Shown here one piece after another: positions 8,761-17,103 of a stretch of 29,051 bases of DNA. Position numbers and translations under genes: made by a program. The notes under the pieces were generated by a model. The model made no database searches. It was not told the origin of the DNA and worked only from the letters and a program-made list of their open reading frames with translations. Origin of the DNA: Candidatus Thorarchaeota archaeon (lineage in GTDB: Archaea > Asgardarchaeota > Thorarchaeia > Thorarchaeales > Thorarchaeaceae); contig JBHLRZ010000035.1 in the NCBI GenBank assembly GCA_048882045.1, positions 1 through 29,051 of the forward strand, in the 5' to 3' direction. Within the stretch, counting starts at the first letter, position 1. Each line of letters opens with the position of its first letter.

Positions 8761-10341
8761 ATGCGTTTGGTTGCACTTGTAATTTCTGTAATGTTCTTGT
8801 CAGGAATTGCTTGTATTGGACCTGTTCAAGGGAGGTTTTCTGCTCAGACAAGCATAACTCTTGAGGAATGGATTACTGGTGGAGGACTGGAGGTGCAATT
8901 CTGTTCCTATTTTGGCGGTGATGGTGAGGAATGGTCAAACGACATCTTCTGTTTCACTGATGGGTATGTATTGACCGGGATGACTCGTTCATCAGACCTT
9001 TCGGTTGTGAATGCCTACCAAGGGGAATACGGTGGGGGAGGAGATGTATTCATCGTGATGTTGAATTCTGAGTTCCATGTTGAGTTCTACACTTACTTCG
9101 GGGGAAGCGGACTTGAGGAACCGATGGCACTTGTAGTAGATCAATATCATAATGTCATAGTTGCAGGAGGTACGAGTTCGGACGACCTTCCACTCCTGAA
9201 TCCAATACAAGACCAACTGAATGGTTCATCCGATGCATTTCTGGCCATGTTCAATTGGAATGGGACTCTTCTCTTCTCAACATATCTGGGTGGCAGCGGA
9301 TATGATCGAATAGAGGACATCATCATCAATCAATATGGCGAGTATGTGATCGTTGGACCTACCGAGTCACCAGACTTCCCTATAACCGCGGGTGCATATC
9401 AGGAAAGCTTTGGAGGTGGAAACTCTGATATTTTCATCACATCGATCAGTAGTGCAAATCATTCTATCCTCTTCTCAACCTTTTTTGGCAACACAACTGA
9501 CGATGACGCATGGGCCATCAATCTTAGTGAATCAGGTGACTTAGCCATCGTTGGAATGACAAATGGAGCCTCAATAGCAACCGACTCTGCATACCAGCAG
9601 ACATATGGAGGAGGTTCCACAGACTGTTTTGTTGCCAAGTTCAATTCAGATTGTTCGTCCCTTTATTGGTCAACATTGCTTGGAGGGGATGGGTGGGAGT
9701 TTGGGGATCAGGTGGATTTCGATTTCTACAACAACATCTTCGTGTCAGGATACACCGGTTCATCAGACTTTCCACTAGTAGACCAACTCCAGAACGATAC
9801 TCCTGGATATGATGCCTTCGTTGCAAAACTGAACGAAGATGGTGATGATATTCTATGGTCAACCTACCTTGGTGGTAATCTTGAAGACCGTTCATACGCT
9901 ATGGAGGTCCTGGAGAGTGGCGGGATATTGATCACTATGCCTTCAGCATCCACAGATATGCCCACTGTCAATCCGTTTCAAGCCAATAACAGCGGAGGTT
10001 CCGATGGGTATATCGCTTTGATTTCTACTTTCAGCAGAAATGTCACATATGCATCATATTTTGGAGGTAGTTCGAACGACTACGTGCTTGGAATGTCTAT
10101 CAGAGGTAATGGTGACATTGCAGTAATTGGCTATACGAGTTCAGAGGACCTTCCAACACTCAATGCAGTCCAAGACGTTTACGGTGGAGGTATAAGTGAC
10201 ACAATGGTGTGGATTCTTTCTCCTCCACCGATTGCACTCGGGATTTGGGTTCCGTATGACGCTGTGGCTCCTCTTACTCTACTGGCTGTTGTACTAGTCA
10301 TCGTCTATGTTCTGCTTAATGAAGCTGACAAGGGAAAATGA
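8761..10341 (+). CDS. Membrane-anchored SBBP-repeat beta-propeller protein
   Basis: Signal peptide; seven repeats (YFGGDGEE, YFGGSGLE, YLGGSGYD, FFGNTTDD, LLGGDGWE, YLGGNLED, YFGGSSND), most followed by G.T.S.D[FL]P...GG..D.F; C-terminal TM helix. Confidence 0.88.
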   Translation: MRLVALVISVMFLSGIACIGPVQGRFSAQTSITLEEWITGGGLEVQFCSYFGGDGEEWSNDIFCFTDGYVLTGMTRSSDLSVVNAYQGEYGGGGDVFIVMLNSEFHVEFYTYFGGSGLEEPMALVVDQYHNVIVAGGTSSDDLPLLNPIQDQLNGSSDAFLAMFNWNGTLLFSTYLGGSGYDRIEDIIINQYGEYVIVGPTESPDFPITAGAYQESFGGGNSDIFITSISSANHSILFSTFFGNTTDDDAWAINLSESGDLAIVGMTNGASIATDSAYQQTYGGGSTDCFVAKFNSDCSSLYWSTLLGGDGWEFGDQVDFDFYNNIFVSGYTGSSDFPLVDQLQNDTPGYDAFVAKLNEDGDDILWSTYLGGNLEDRSYAMEVLESGGILITMPSASTDMPTVNPFQANNSGGSDGYIALISTFSRNVTYASYFGGSSNDYVLGMSIRGNGDIAVIGYTSSEDLPTLNAVQDVYGGGISDTMVWILSPPPIALGIWVPYDAVAPLTLLAVVLVIVYVLLNEADKGK

Positions 10342-10397
10342 CTGCATCTGAATTCACATATAGATTGATTCTAAAATCAGTGATGGTGAAATAAACA

Positions 10398-10775
10398 ATG
10401 TCAGTGAGAGGAATTGGAGGTGTCTTCTTCAGGTCGAAGGACCCGAAGAAACTCCAGAAATGGTATGAAGATAATCTTGGTCTAAAACCCGATGATGAAG
10501 GTTACATCTACTTCATGTGGAAAGACCTGAAGGCACCAGGCTATACTCTCTGGGGGCCTTTTCCAGAGGATACGAAGTACTTCGGTGACTCTGGGGCTGA
10601 TTCTATGATCAACTTCGTTGTGAGTGATATTGAAGTGTTCTTTGAAGAACTGAAGAAGAAAGGTATCAAGGTAGATGAACGCGGGATTGAGACTACCACA
10701 GAAGGGAAATTCGCTTGGATTTTCGACCCTGAGGGCAACAAGGTCGAGCTCTGGGAACCACGCAAAGATCGATGA
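10398..10775 (+). CDS. VOC/glyoxalase family protein
   Basis: GIGGVFFRSKDP...WY..NLG, MINFVV.D, GKFAWIFDPEGNKVELWEP. Confidence 0.92.
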   Translation: MSVRGIGGVFFRSKDPKKLQKWYEDNLGLKPDDEGYIYFMWKDLKAPGYTLWGPFPEDTKYFGDSGADSMINFVVSDIEVFFEELKKKGIKVDERGIETTTEGKFAWIFDPEGNKVELWEPRKDR

Positions 10776-10780
10776 ACAGT

Positions 10781-11116
10781 CTATTCCTTTTCAGACTGTA
10801 TAGCCTGAAATGCAAGGTGTTTTGCGGCCTCTCTCTTTTTTACAATGTCCTTGGCTTGGGTACGGATTGCTTCGAAATACTCCTTTTTGGCTACTATTGA
10901 TCTCTCAATGAAGCCAGCAACTGCTTCAGATCTGCTCTTGAATATCTCAAGTTCGACAAGTGCATCAAGGATTTCAACGATGTCTACACTAAGACGTGTC
11001 ATAACGGATATCTCACGGTGTTTGAGACCGTGTTTCTCTCTCTCGAATTGACCTAGAAGTTCTTCACGAAGGCTCTTCCCATCAGGAATGTTCTCTTGTT
11101 TTGACGTTCTCAACAC
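10781..11116 (-). CDS. Ribbon-helix-helix (CopG/Arc/MetJ-like) DNA-binding protein
   Basis: SVMTRLSVDIVEILDALVELEIFKSRSEAV followed by a coiled-coil-like tail. Confidence 0.75.
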   Translation of the reverse strand: MLRTSKQENIPDGKSLREELLGQFEREKHGLKHREISVMTRLSVDIVEILDALVELEIFKSRSEAVAGFIERSIVAKKEYFEAIRTQAKDIVKKREAAKHLAFQAIQSEKE

Positions 11117-11195
11117 CTCATCCGAAGTTGAGTGATTAGTGGCTTGTTTATAAGGCTTGACGAAGGGCTATGGGTTCTAGGATTTTTTCCTGAAT

Positions 11196-11918
11196 TCATT
11201 GAAGCTTGTTTCTTTTGTAGTTGATAAAAGGACCATCATGGCCAGGGATGATAAAGTCCGCCCTATCTATTATCCTCTTGAATGATATCACATGTTCATC
11301 GTGAAACTTCTCCACTCGAGCATTGGGAAAGAAGGTTTCAGTGTGATAGTACATCTTGGAAACTATTGAGTCCCCAGCTGCAACAAAGTTCGTCTTCTTG
11401 TATTGAATCACGACTGAATGGTCATGATCAGTATGGCCATGAGTATCAATTATCTCCAGTCCCGAGTGCCACTCATCCCCTTCTTTGATGTTGACAGTAT
11501 CGTTCTCTGCGTCTATTTCTTCGAGCGTCTTCTTGACTAACCTTTCGGGTTGTCCAGCGTAGTAAATCGTTGCTTGTGGAAAGAGGTAGATATTCTCCCA
11601 GTGATCACCATGCCAGTGCGTGATGAATATCTCATCGATTTCAGTAGGCATGACTCCGAAGTAATGAAGTTCCGAAACTAAGCGATTTTCTTCATTAGAT
11701 ACTCGAGAGAAGTAGTCCTTCTGACCTTCCCAGCTGGTGTCGATGAGTATCTTCTTTCTATCAGTTTCTACAAGAGTCACAGTCGCGAGGTTTAGAACTC
11801 CAAGTTCTCGTTCCAGGTCTCTGAGCTTTGGACCTTCGTGCTGAGAGGTCCAGGCTTCTGGGTCTCGAATCGTGCTGCCTGATCGTACAACCTGCAGTCT
11901 ATCAACAGAATCCTTCAT
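11196..11918 (-). CDS. MBL-fold metallo-hydrolase (MBLAC1-like)
   Basis: ILIDT, THWHGDH, THGHTDH, AAGD, IIPGHD metal-ligand motifs. Confidence 0.85.
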   Translation of the reverse strand: MKDSVDRLQVVRSGSTIRDPEAWTSQHEGPKLRDLERELGVLNLATVTLVETDRKKILIDTSWEGQKDYFSRVSNEENRLVSELHYFGVMPTEIDEIFITHWHGDHWENIYLFPQATIYYAGQPERLVKKTLEEIDAENDTVNIKEGDEWHSGLEIIDTHGHTDHDHSVVIQYKKTNFVAAGDSIVSKMYYHTETFFPNARVEKFHDEHVISFKRIIDRADFIIPGHDGPFINYKRNKLQ

Positions 11919-12014
11919 TGTATCTACCGCCTATCAAGCTAATTCACAGAGAGAGTATATCAGTTTCTACAGACGCACCATTTGGAAGGTCCCTGAAAAA
12001 AGAGGAGTAGAAAC

Positions 12015-12743
12015 TTACTCAGAGCTATCTAGACTCTTCTGAATCTCTTCAAGCTCATTGATGAAACGATTAACAGCCTTCTCTAGCTGTTTGGCAGTTT
12101 TGGGTGGAGGATTGTTTTGCAGAATGATGGTTAGACTCGGGAGTGTCCTGAAGAGATTGCGAACATATGGTGGGATATCTGGAAACAATGGAAACAGGGG
12201 CGGTATGAAACCCAAGCCTATCTTGTCTCGTAGCTCACCACTCTTGTCAATTTGTGTTTTGAGAAATCTCTGACCTGCAGAAGTGAGTTCGTATTTTCGA
12301 GTTCTCCCATCCTCCACAGGAACTTCTTGAGTTAATCCATCCTGGAGGAGACTTTTCAGGAGAGGATACATCGACCCAGGTTTTGGTTTCCATCTTCCTC
12401 CCATCTCTTCCTCAATTGCGGCTGTGAGTTCAGACCCAGACATAGGACCCTCCTTGAGTTTTTGCAACACACGAAACCGTAGAAATCCCTTGGGGACCTT
12501 CGCAGTGTGTTTGATCCACTTTCTCAGAGGTTCAAACTCTTTCCGAAATTCCTTCAGACGCTCCTCAGAGAGGTAGTATCTCTGACCCGTCTTCACAATC
12601 GGTGACATGTCAGATAAAAGCGGAGGCCTCATGTGCTCAAGTTCGTCAGGCAATCCAAGCTCCTTCCATGTCAATGCAGTCTCAGGTGTGGTGGCTCCTT
12701 TCTCTCGAAAGACTTCTTCCAACCTCCTGAATGGACGGAACAT
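12015..12743 (-). CDS. PadR-family transcriptional regulator with an extra N-terminal domain
   Basis: PKGFLRFRVL..L...PMSG.EL...WKPKPGSMYPLL..L...GL...RKYELT..G; ATG at 12743 preferred over the ORF-track start at 12842, whose extension lies in AT-rich promoter DNA. Confidence 0.85.
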   Translation of the reverse strand: MFRPFRRLEEVFREKGATTPETALTWKELGLPDELEHMRPPLLSDMSPIVKTGQRYYLSEERLKEFRKEFEPLRKWIKHTAKVPKGFLRFRVLQKLKEGPMSGSELTAAIEEEMGGRWKPKPGSMYPLLKSLLQDGLTQEVPVEDGRTRKYELTSAGQRFLKTQIDKSGELRDKIGLGFIPPLFPLFPDIPPYVRNLFRTLPSLTIILQNNPPPKTAKQLEKAVNRFINELEEIQKSLDSSE

Positions 12744-12784
12744 GATTCCTACTATGTACAGAGGCACCTTTATCTCATTCGAAT

Positions 12785-12800
12785 ATATCACTAATGATAT
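12785..12800. promoter_or_regulatory. Palindrome ATATCA-N4-TGATAT, candidate PadR operator
   Basis: Perfect 6-bp inverted repeat about 40 bp upstream of the PadR ATG in the divergent PadR/AKR intergenic region. Confidence 0.4.
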
Positions 12801-12878
12801 TTCGTCCGGGTATCGGAGCAAAAAGCATAATAGTATTAACAATAGTTAAAATTAATATACTATTTTGGAGATGGTCTA

Positions 12879-13877
12879 TTGAGATATCGAAAGGTTGGAA
12901 AGAGTGGACTGAAAGTAAGCGAGATCTCCCTTGGTTCTTGGCTGACATATGGTGGAACTGTTGACAACGAAACAGCCAAGAAATGCATAGTTCAGGCACT
13001 AGACCTCGGAGTCAACTTCATCGACTCAGCTGAAATCTATGCAGGTGGTAAAGCGGAGGAAGTCATTGCACAGTTCTTCAGGGACGAAAATGTGAGTAGA
13101 AGAAACCTTGTGATCTCAAGTAAGGTGTTCTGGCCCACTAGCAAGGACATCACAGACTGGGGAAACAGTAGAAAGAATATCATGAACGCTATTGATGATA
13201 CGCTGCGACGGTTGAATATGGACTACATTGACATTTACTTCCTTCACAGATATGACCACACAACACCAGTAAAGGAAACAGTACTGGCAATGGACGACCT
13301 GATTAGAGCTGGGAAAGTCAGACATTGGGGCACATCTGTTTGGACAGCCGCACAGCTCGAACGAGCCAACGCTGTTGCGAAAGAGTTCGGCGCTCACAAA
13401 CCAATTGTCGAACAGCCTCTCTACAACATGGTCGCCCGTTTCATTGAGGTCGAGATCATGTCTGTGGCAAAGACTCATGGTATGGGATTGACAGTGTTCA
13501 GTCCCTTGGGGCAGGGACTTCTCACAGGAAAATATAATGATGGTATACCCGAGGGTAGTCGAGGAGCAACATCGACATGGCTGAATAAGTATCTCACTGA
13601 AGAGAATCTGGAGAAGACGAGGAAGCTGAGTGAGCTTGCCTCATCACTGGACATCACTACGGGGCAACTAGCTCTAGCGTGGGTCTTAAGGCGTCCTGAA
13701 GTTTCGTCTGCGATTGTTGGTGCAACGAAGCCAGAGCATGTCATCGACAACGTGGCAGCATCAGATGTCAATCTCTCGAAGGATACACTTGAAGGGATTG
13801 AGGAGATTCTGGACAACACACCCCAATGGCCCTCCAACTACGCACCAAACATCTACTTTGAGGACAAGATGAGATGA
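12879..13877 (+). CDS. Aldo/keto reductase (Kv-beta/AKR6-related prokaryotic clade)
   Basis: YRKVGKSGLKVSEISLGSWLTYG, DSAEIY, ISSKVFW, LHRYD, WGTS.W, EQP.YN, FSPLGQGLLTGKY; Asp/Tyr/Lys/His tetrad present. Confidence 0.93.
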   Translation: MRYRKVGKSGLKVSEISLGSWLTYGGTVDNETAKKCIVQALDLGVNFIDSAEIYAGGKAEEVIAQFFRDENVSRRNLVISSKVFWPTSKDITDWGNSRKNIMNAIDDTLRRLNMDYIDIYFLHRYDHTTPVKETVLAMDDLIRAGKVRHWGTSVWTAAQLERANAVAKEFGAHKPIVEQPLYNMVARFIEVEIMSVAKTHGMGLTVFSPLGQGLLTGKYNDGIPEGSRGATSTWLNKYLTEENLEKTRKLSELASSLDITTGQLALAWVLRRPEVSSAIVGATKPEHVIDNVAASDVNLSKDTLEGIEEILDNTPQWPSNYAPNIYFEDKMR

Positions 13878-13931
13878 CTCACACAAGTAGATTTAGATAA
13901 TTTCTTGCTGATGATTACTCGTGGGCAGAGC

Positions 13932-14396
13932 ATGGCTCTTGAAGGTGAGAGTTCCACTAGAACCAATCGTCAGATTATACTTGTCTTGATACATTTAGTG
14001 AGAGTCGCGATCTTTATCGAGTTTGCAGCACTGATGTGGTATGACTTTCTTACATGGAGTCCGATTCCACCACTTCCTGGAGGCCCACCAGTTGCGCAAT
14101 TTAGACCACTATTGCCGACAATACTAATGACTGCAGTCGTGATCATTCGAATTCTCATTGCTCGTTCTATTTGGTTCCGTGATGGTAGAAATTTGGCCTA
14201 TGCTGCGTCAGCGGATGCAGTAGAGATAGGAATCATAATAGCAGTGTGGGGACTACGCCTTGTTTTGTATGGATTTGATGCAGGGGACCTGCTAATCTTA
14301 ATCATCTTGAGTTTATCCTCCTGTAGTTTGATTCTATGTCTTATTTTCATCTACTGGGAGATGACGATGAAGACATCTCCTGATCAAATTGTTTGA
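13932..14396 (+). CDS. Hypothetical 4-TM membrane protein
   Basis: Four hydrophobic segments with a Pro-rich loop (SPIPPLPGGPP); ATG at 13932 likelier than the ORF-track start at 13905. Confidence 0.65.
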   Translation: MALEGESSTRTNRQIILVLIHLVRVAIFIEFAALMWYDFLTWSPIPPLPGGPPVAQFRPLLPTILMTAVVIIRILIARSIWFRDGRNLAYAASADAVEIGIIIAVWGLRLVLYGFDAGDLLILIILSLSSCSLILCLIFIYWEMTMKTSPDQIV

Positions 14397-14415
14397 ATGG
14401 ACGGAGATGACTCTG

Positions 14416-14464
14416 AAAAATAAGACAGAATGAGCAGAGAGTCTGAAACTCACTGCTATTCTGT
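14416..14464 (-). terminator. Hairpin plus U-tract terminator-like element
   Basis: Imperfect stem ACAGAAT-g-AGCAG-a-GAGT / ACTC-a-CTGCT-ATTCTGT (14425-14464) followed on the minus strand by CTTATTTTT, directly after the stop at 14467. Confidence 0.55.
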
Positions 14465-14466
14465 TC

Positions 14467-14631
14467 TCAAAGCAATATGTATGCAGCTGCTAGTCCAGCG
14501 ATGTAAACCAGGTGGAAGATGACTAAAGCCAACTTTGGCACCTTTAGTTCCAATCGTTTCACTACAGCTCCACTTATTGCACAGAGGATGACTGATAGCA
14601 GGAACAGTAAGAACATCAGTTCAACAGACAT
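14467..14631 (-). CDS. 54-aa two-TM membrane microprotein (paralog 2)
   Basis: MSVELMFLLFLLSVILCAIS...LVIFHLVYIAGLAAAYILL; ATG one base after the upstream TAG, AAGGAGG RBS at 14644-14650. Confidence 0.7.
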   Translation of the reverse strand: MSVELMFLLFLLSVILCAISGAVVKRLELKVPKLALVIFHLVYIAGLAAAYILL

Positions 14632-14632
14632 T

Positions 14633-14812
14633 CTACAATTCAACCTCCTTGTATTGCTTCCACTTCTTGACGAAGTAGTAGGCAAGTCCACTAATGTAGA
14701 GTGCGTGAAAAACTACCCAGAAGACATGACCCAAGATGGTCATACTAGCTGCTAGCGAGTTCATAGCAATTCCACAGATGGCGAGTGATACAATCAAGAC
14801 TGCAAAGAACAT
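14633..14812 (-). CDS. 59-aa two-TM membrane microprotein (paralog 1)
   Basis: MFFAVLIVSLAICGIA...WVVFHALYISGLAYYFVKKWK; GAGGAG RBS at 14823-14828; the ORF track extends it to 14905. Confidence 0.7.
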   Translation of the reverse strand: MFFAVLIVSLAICGIAMNSLAASMTILGHVFWVVFHALYISGLAYYFVKKWKQYKEVEL

Positions 14813-14824
14813 CTTGATTGGACT

Positions 14825-14874
14825 CCTCGGTGTGCCATTAGGGCCAACATAATCTGGCTCTGACACTATCGAGG
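14825..14874 (-). promoter_or_regulatory. Structured 5' leader hairpin overlapping the RBS
   Basis: Minus strand CCTCG ATA GTGTCA GA GCCAG ATTATG TTGGC CCTAA TGGCAC AC CGAGG-AG gives three nested stems, the outer one pairing with most of GAGGAG. Confidence 0.45.
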
Positions 14875-15046
14875 GAATATATCGGGTAACGAAATATTCA
14901 TTCATTGTAGTTCACAAGAAACACAACCACATAGAACTACAAAACAGCATGGCAATTCCTTGATTCAATAAATGCATCTGATTTAAGTCAAGGTTATTTT
15001 TATTGCATCAACTATTGCAAAAAGGGAAATTCCCTGGTGAAGAACA

Positions 15047-15973
15047 TTGGACCTACTCGACAAGGCACTGTTTCAAGAGCTCAGTAACAATTGTCGCGCA
15101 TCATTCACAGATCTCAGTAAAAAGTACGATGTTTCTGTCAACACGATAAAGAATAGAGTCGAGGATATGGTAAAGCATGGAATCATTGTGTCTTTCGATG
15201 TTCAACTCAAACTTAGTCTGTATAATGCCAGTTTTGCACTGGTCATCCTACGCTTGAAACGACTCTTCACTGAACAGGAGCAGGACGAGATTGGAAATCA
15301 CCGGTTTATCACTAGTGTGTCAACCGGAATGCAGCTCGATGGCCAAGTAGTTATTGTCTACAGAAACAATGACGAACTCAATGAGGTGATTGAGAGTCTT
15401 AGATCTAATGACAATGTGGAAGACTTGGAACTTTTTCAGATGATTCCTCCTCCATCCTCAGCAGCGGGGCTCCCTGTTTCAAAAGAGCTTAATTCATTAA
15501 AGAAGATTGATTGGCAGATTCTTCATCAGCTTCGTTGGAATGGTCGTATGCCAATCAAGGACCTGGCAAGGAAGCTAGGCCGCTCAGCACCTACTGTTAG
15601 AAAACGTCTTGAATATATGAGAGAACAGGGATTTCTCTACGAAACTATTCTCACGAATATCGGAGTTGTTGAGCAAGGTTTTGTCATTACGTTTGGACTT
15701 GAATTTCCTGAAATGACAAATGAAACTCAGCTAGAGATAGATAATGAGATGAGGATACATTTCGAGGACAGCTTCGTTGTGAGTTGGAAGGTTGTTGATA
15801 GACCAATCATATTCATGACCTTTCAGGTTGAGAGTGCGGCAGAGGCACAAGAGATACAGGCAAGCCTACTCTCTAGGTTCCCCAAACATCTTACTATCAC
15901 TCAAGCAATCAGTGGGAAGTGGAAATACTATAGGGACTTTAGAGATCAGATACTTGAAGAACGCTCGAAATAG
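15047..15973 (+). CDS. Tandem (double) Lrp/AsnC-family wHTH transcriptional regulator
   Basis: Two HTH units (MDLLDKALFQELSNNCRASFTDLSKKYDVSVNTIKNRV and LKKIDWQILHQLRWNGRMPIKDLARKLGRSAPTVRKRL), each followed by a RAM-like domain; TTG start with GGTGA RBS. Confidence 0.88.
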   Translation: MDLLDKALFQELSNNCRASFTDLSKKYDVSVNTIKNRVEDMVKHGIIVSFDVQLKLSLYNASFALVILRLKRLFTEQEQDEIGNHRFITSVSTGMQLDGQVVIVYRNNDELNEVIESLRSNDNVEDLELFQMIPPPSSAAGLPVSKELNSLKKIDWQILHQLRWNGRMPIKDLARKLGRSAPTVRKRLEYMREQGFLYETILTNIGVVEQGFVITFGLEFPEMTNETQLEIDNEMRIHFEDSFVVSWKVVDRPIIFMTFQVESAAEAQEIQASLLSRFPKHLTITQAISGKWKYYRDFRDQILEERSK

Positions 15974-16082
15974 GCATTGTAGACTTTGGTGTCTGTCTGC
16001 GATGCATAGGAGTCCGCCATCGCCCCATAGGCTTCGTAGGCGATTGATCTGTCGTCCTCCTCCTTCACACAATTTCCCTCAA

Positions 16083-16916
16083 CTAACATTCAATGGTCTG
16101 AAGTGCCTTTTTCCAACATTGAGCTCCAAGCAGAGTCATGATTAGACATAGTATCAGAGGACCTACATACACCACAGAGAAAGTAACAAAGACCATAGCA
16201 ACAACCAAAGTGATGATTTCTGAGGCAAGTACATACTGGCTGTATCTTCTTAGGTACTTCACATCCCTGCTCTCGTTTGGAGGATTCTCATAGGTCTGCA
16301 ATTGACAGTGGAGGGTTCTTGCTTTAGTATTGGCTCTTGAGATCACTGAGTGATACAACTTTTGGAGTGTCAGAACAAAGACGAACATTGACAGGTTGAG
16401 AGCTGTAAAACTGTCAACTGTAAGAGAGGCATCAATAGCAGACATACCTTTCAGAAATAGGTAGGTGCACAATACTACTACTGCACTACCGGTCAAGACT
16501 ACGAAGTTGATTCGACCGAACCATGCCGTGCCTGGACTGAAGATCTTCCTGTCATAGAAGAGGTTGACCTCGGGTTCGAGGATGTTTGTAGTCTTCTTCG
16601 ATATTCGTTCTCGGAGGACATCGATTACCTTCTGATGCCAGACATACCCGGTTCTTTGTGTGACCAATGTTGAGATTGTCCCCTCACTTCCAGCCAGTGC
16701 CACAGCTGCAATTGCTAGAAACAGTGGAAGAGAAACTGAACTCGCAGCCTGTTCAATAGCAAGAGAAACTGCTGAGAACAATAGTGCCATCATAACCATA
16801 TGGATGTTGAAAGCTTGATACGACTTGTCAATTGCATGTCTGAAGTGGCTCCAGTGTTGATTGTACTCATTCTTCAGAGCATCAAGCTCCCAACGTATCA
16901 TGTTTCCTTCGGTCAT
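16083..16916 (-). CDS. Hypothetical multi-TM membrane protein (about 6 TM)
   Basis: 277-aa ORF; N-terminal amphipathic helix LKNEYNQHWSHFRH followed by three TM hairpins. Confidence 0.7.
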   Translation of the reverse strand: MTEGNMIRWELDALKNEYNQHWSHFRHAIDKSYQAFNIHMVMMALLFSAVSLAIEQAASSVSLPLFLAIAAVALAGSEGTISTLVTQRTGYVWHQKVIDVLRERISKKTTNILEPEVNLFYDRKIFSPGTAWFGRINFVVLTGSAVVVLCTYLFLKGMSAIDASLTVDSFTALNLSMFVFVLTLQKLYHSVISRANTKARTLHCQLQTYENPPNESRDVKYLRRYSQYVLASEIITLVVAMVFVTFSVVYVGPLILCLIMTLLGAQCWKKALQTIEC

Positions 16917-17103
16917 TTTGGAATCAACTTAGCCATTCGCTCCTCAAGGACTTATTAACGCACTTGTAGCCATCAAGGTTTGAGATTCTTCTCGACAGGT
17001 CGCAAAAACAAGTTGTCAATCTTTTCGAATTTGAGAGTGAAATTGGGTCCCAAACCCAAGAAGTAAATAATGTAGATGAGCACGAATCTGTCAGTGATAG
17101 ACT

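Noticed and set aside
12879-13877. AKR as a true potassium-channel beta subunit (eukaryotic signature)
   Set aside because: Has the His-type LHR motif of widespread prokaryotic AKRs and there is no channel gene in the window
14467-14905. Possible single frameshifted or pseudogenised membrane gene
   Set aside because: The two halves are paralogous to each other and the second has its own AAGGAGG RBS and ATG, so two genes fit better
15990-16050. GGCGATGG on the minus strand resembling the start of a fluoride riboswitch
   Set aside because: No matching downstream P1 partner or CURAUGRC element, and it lies in a convergent 3' region rather than a leader
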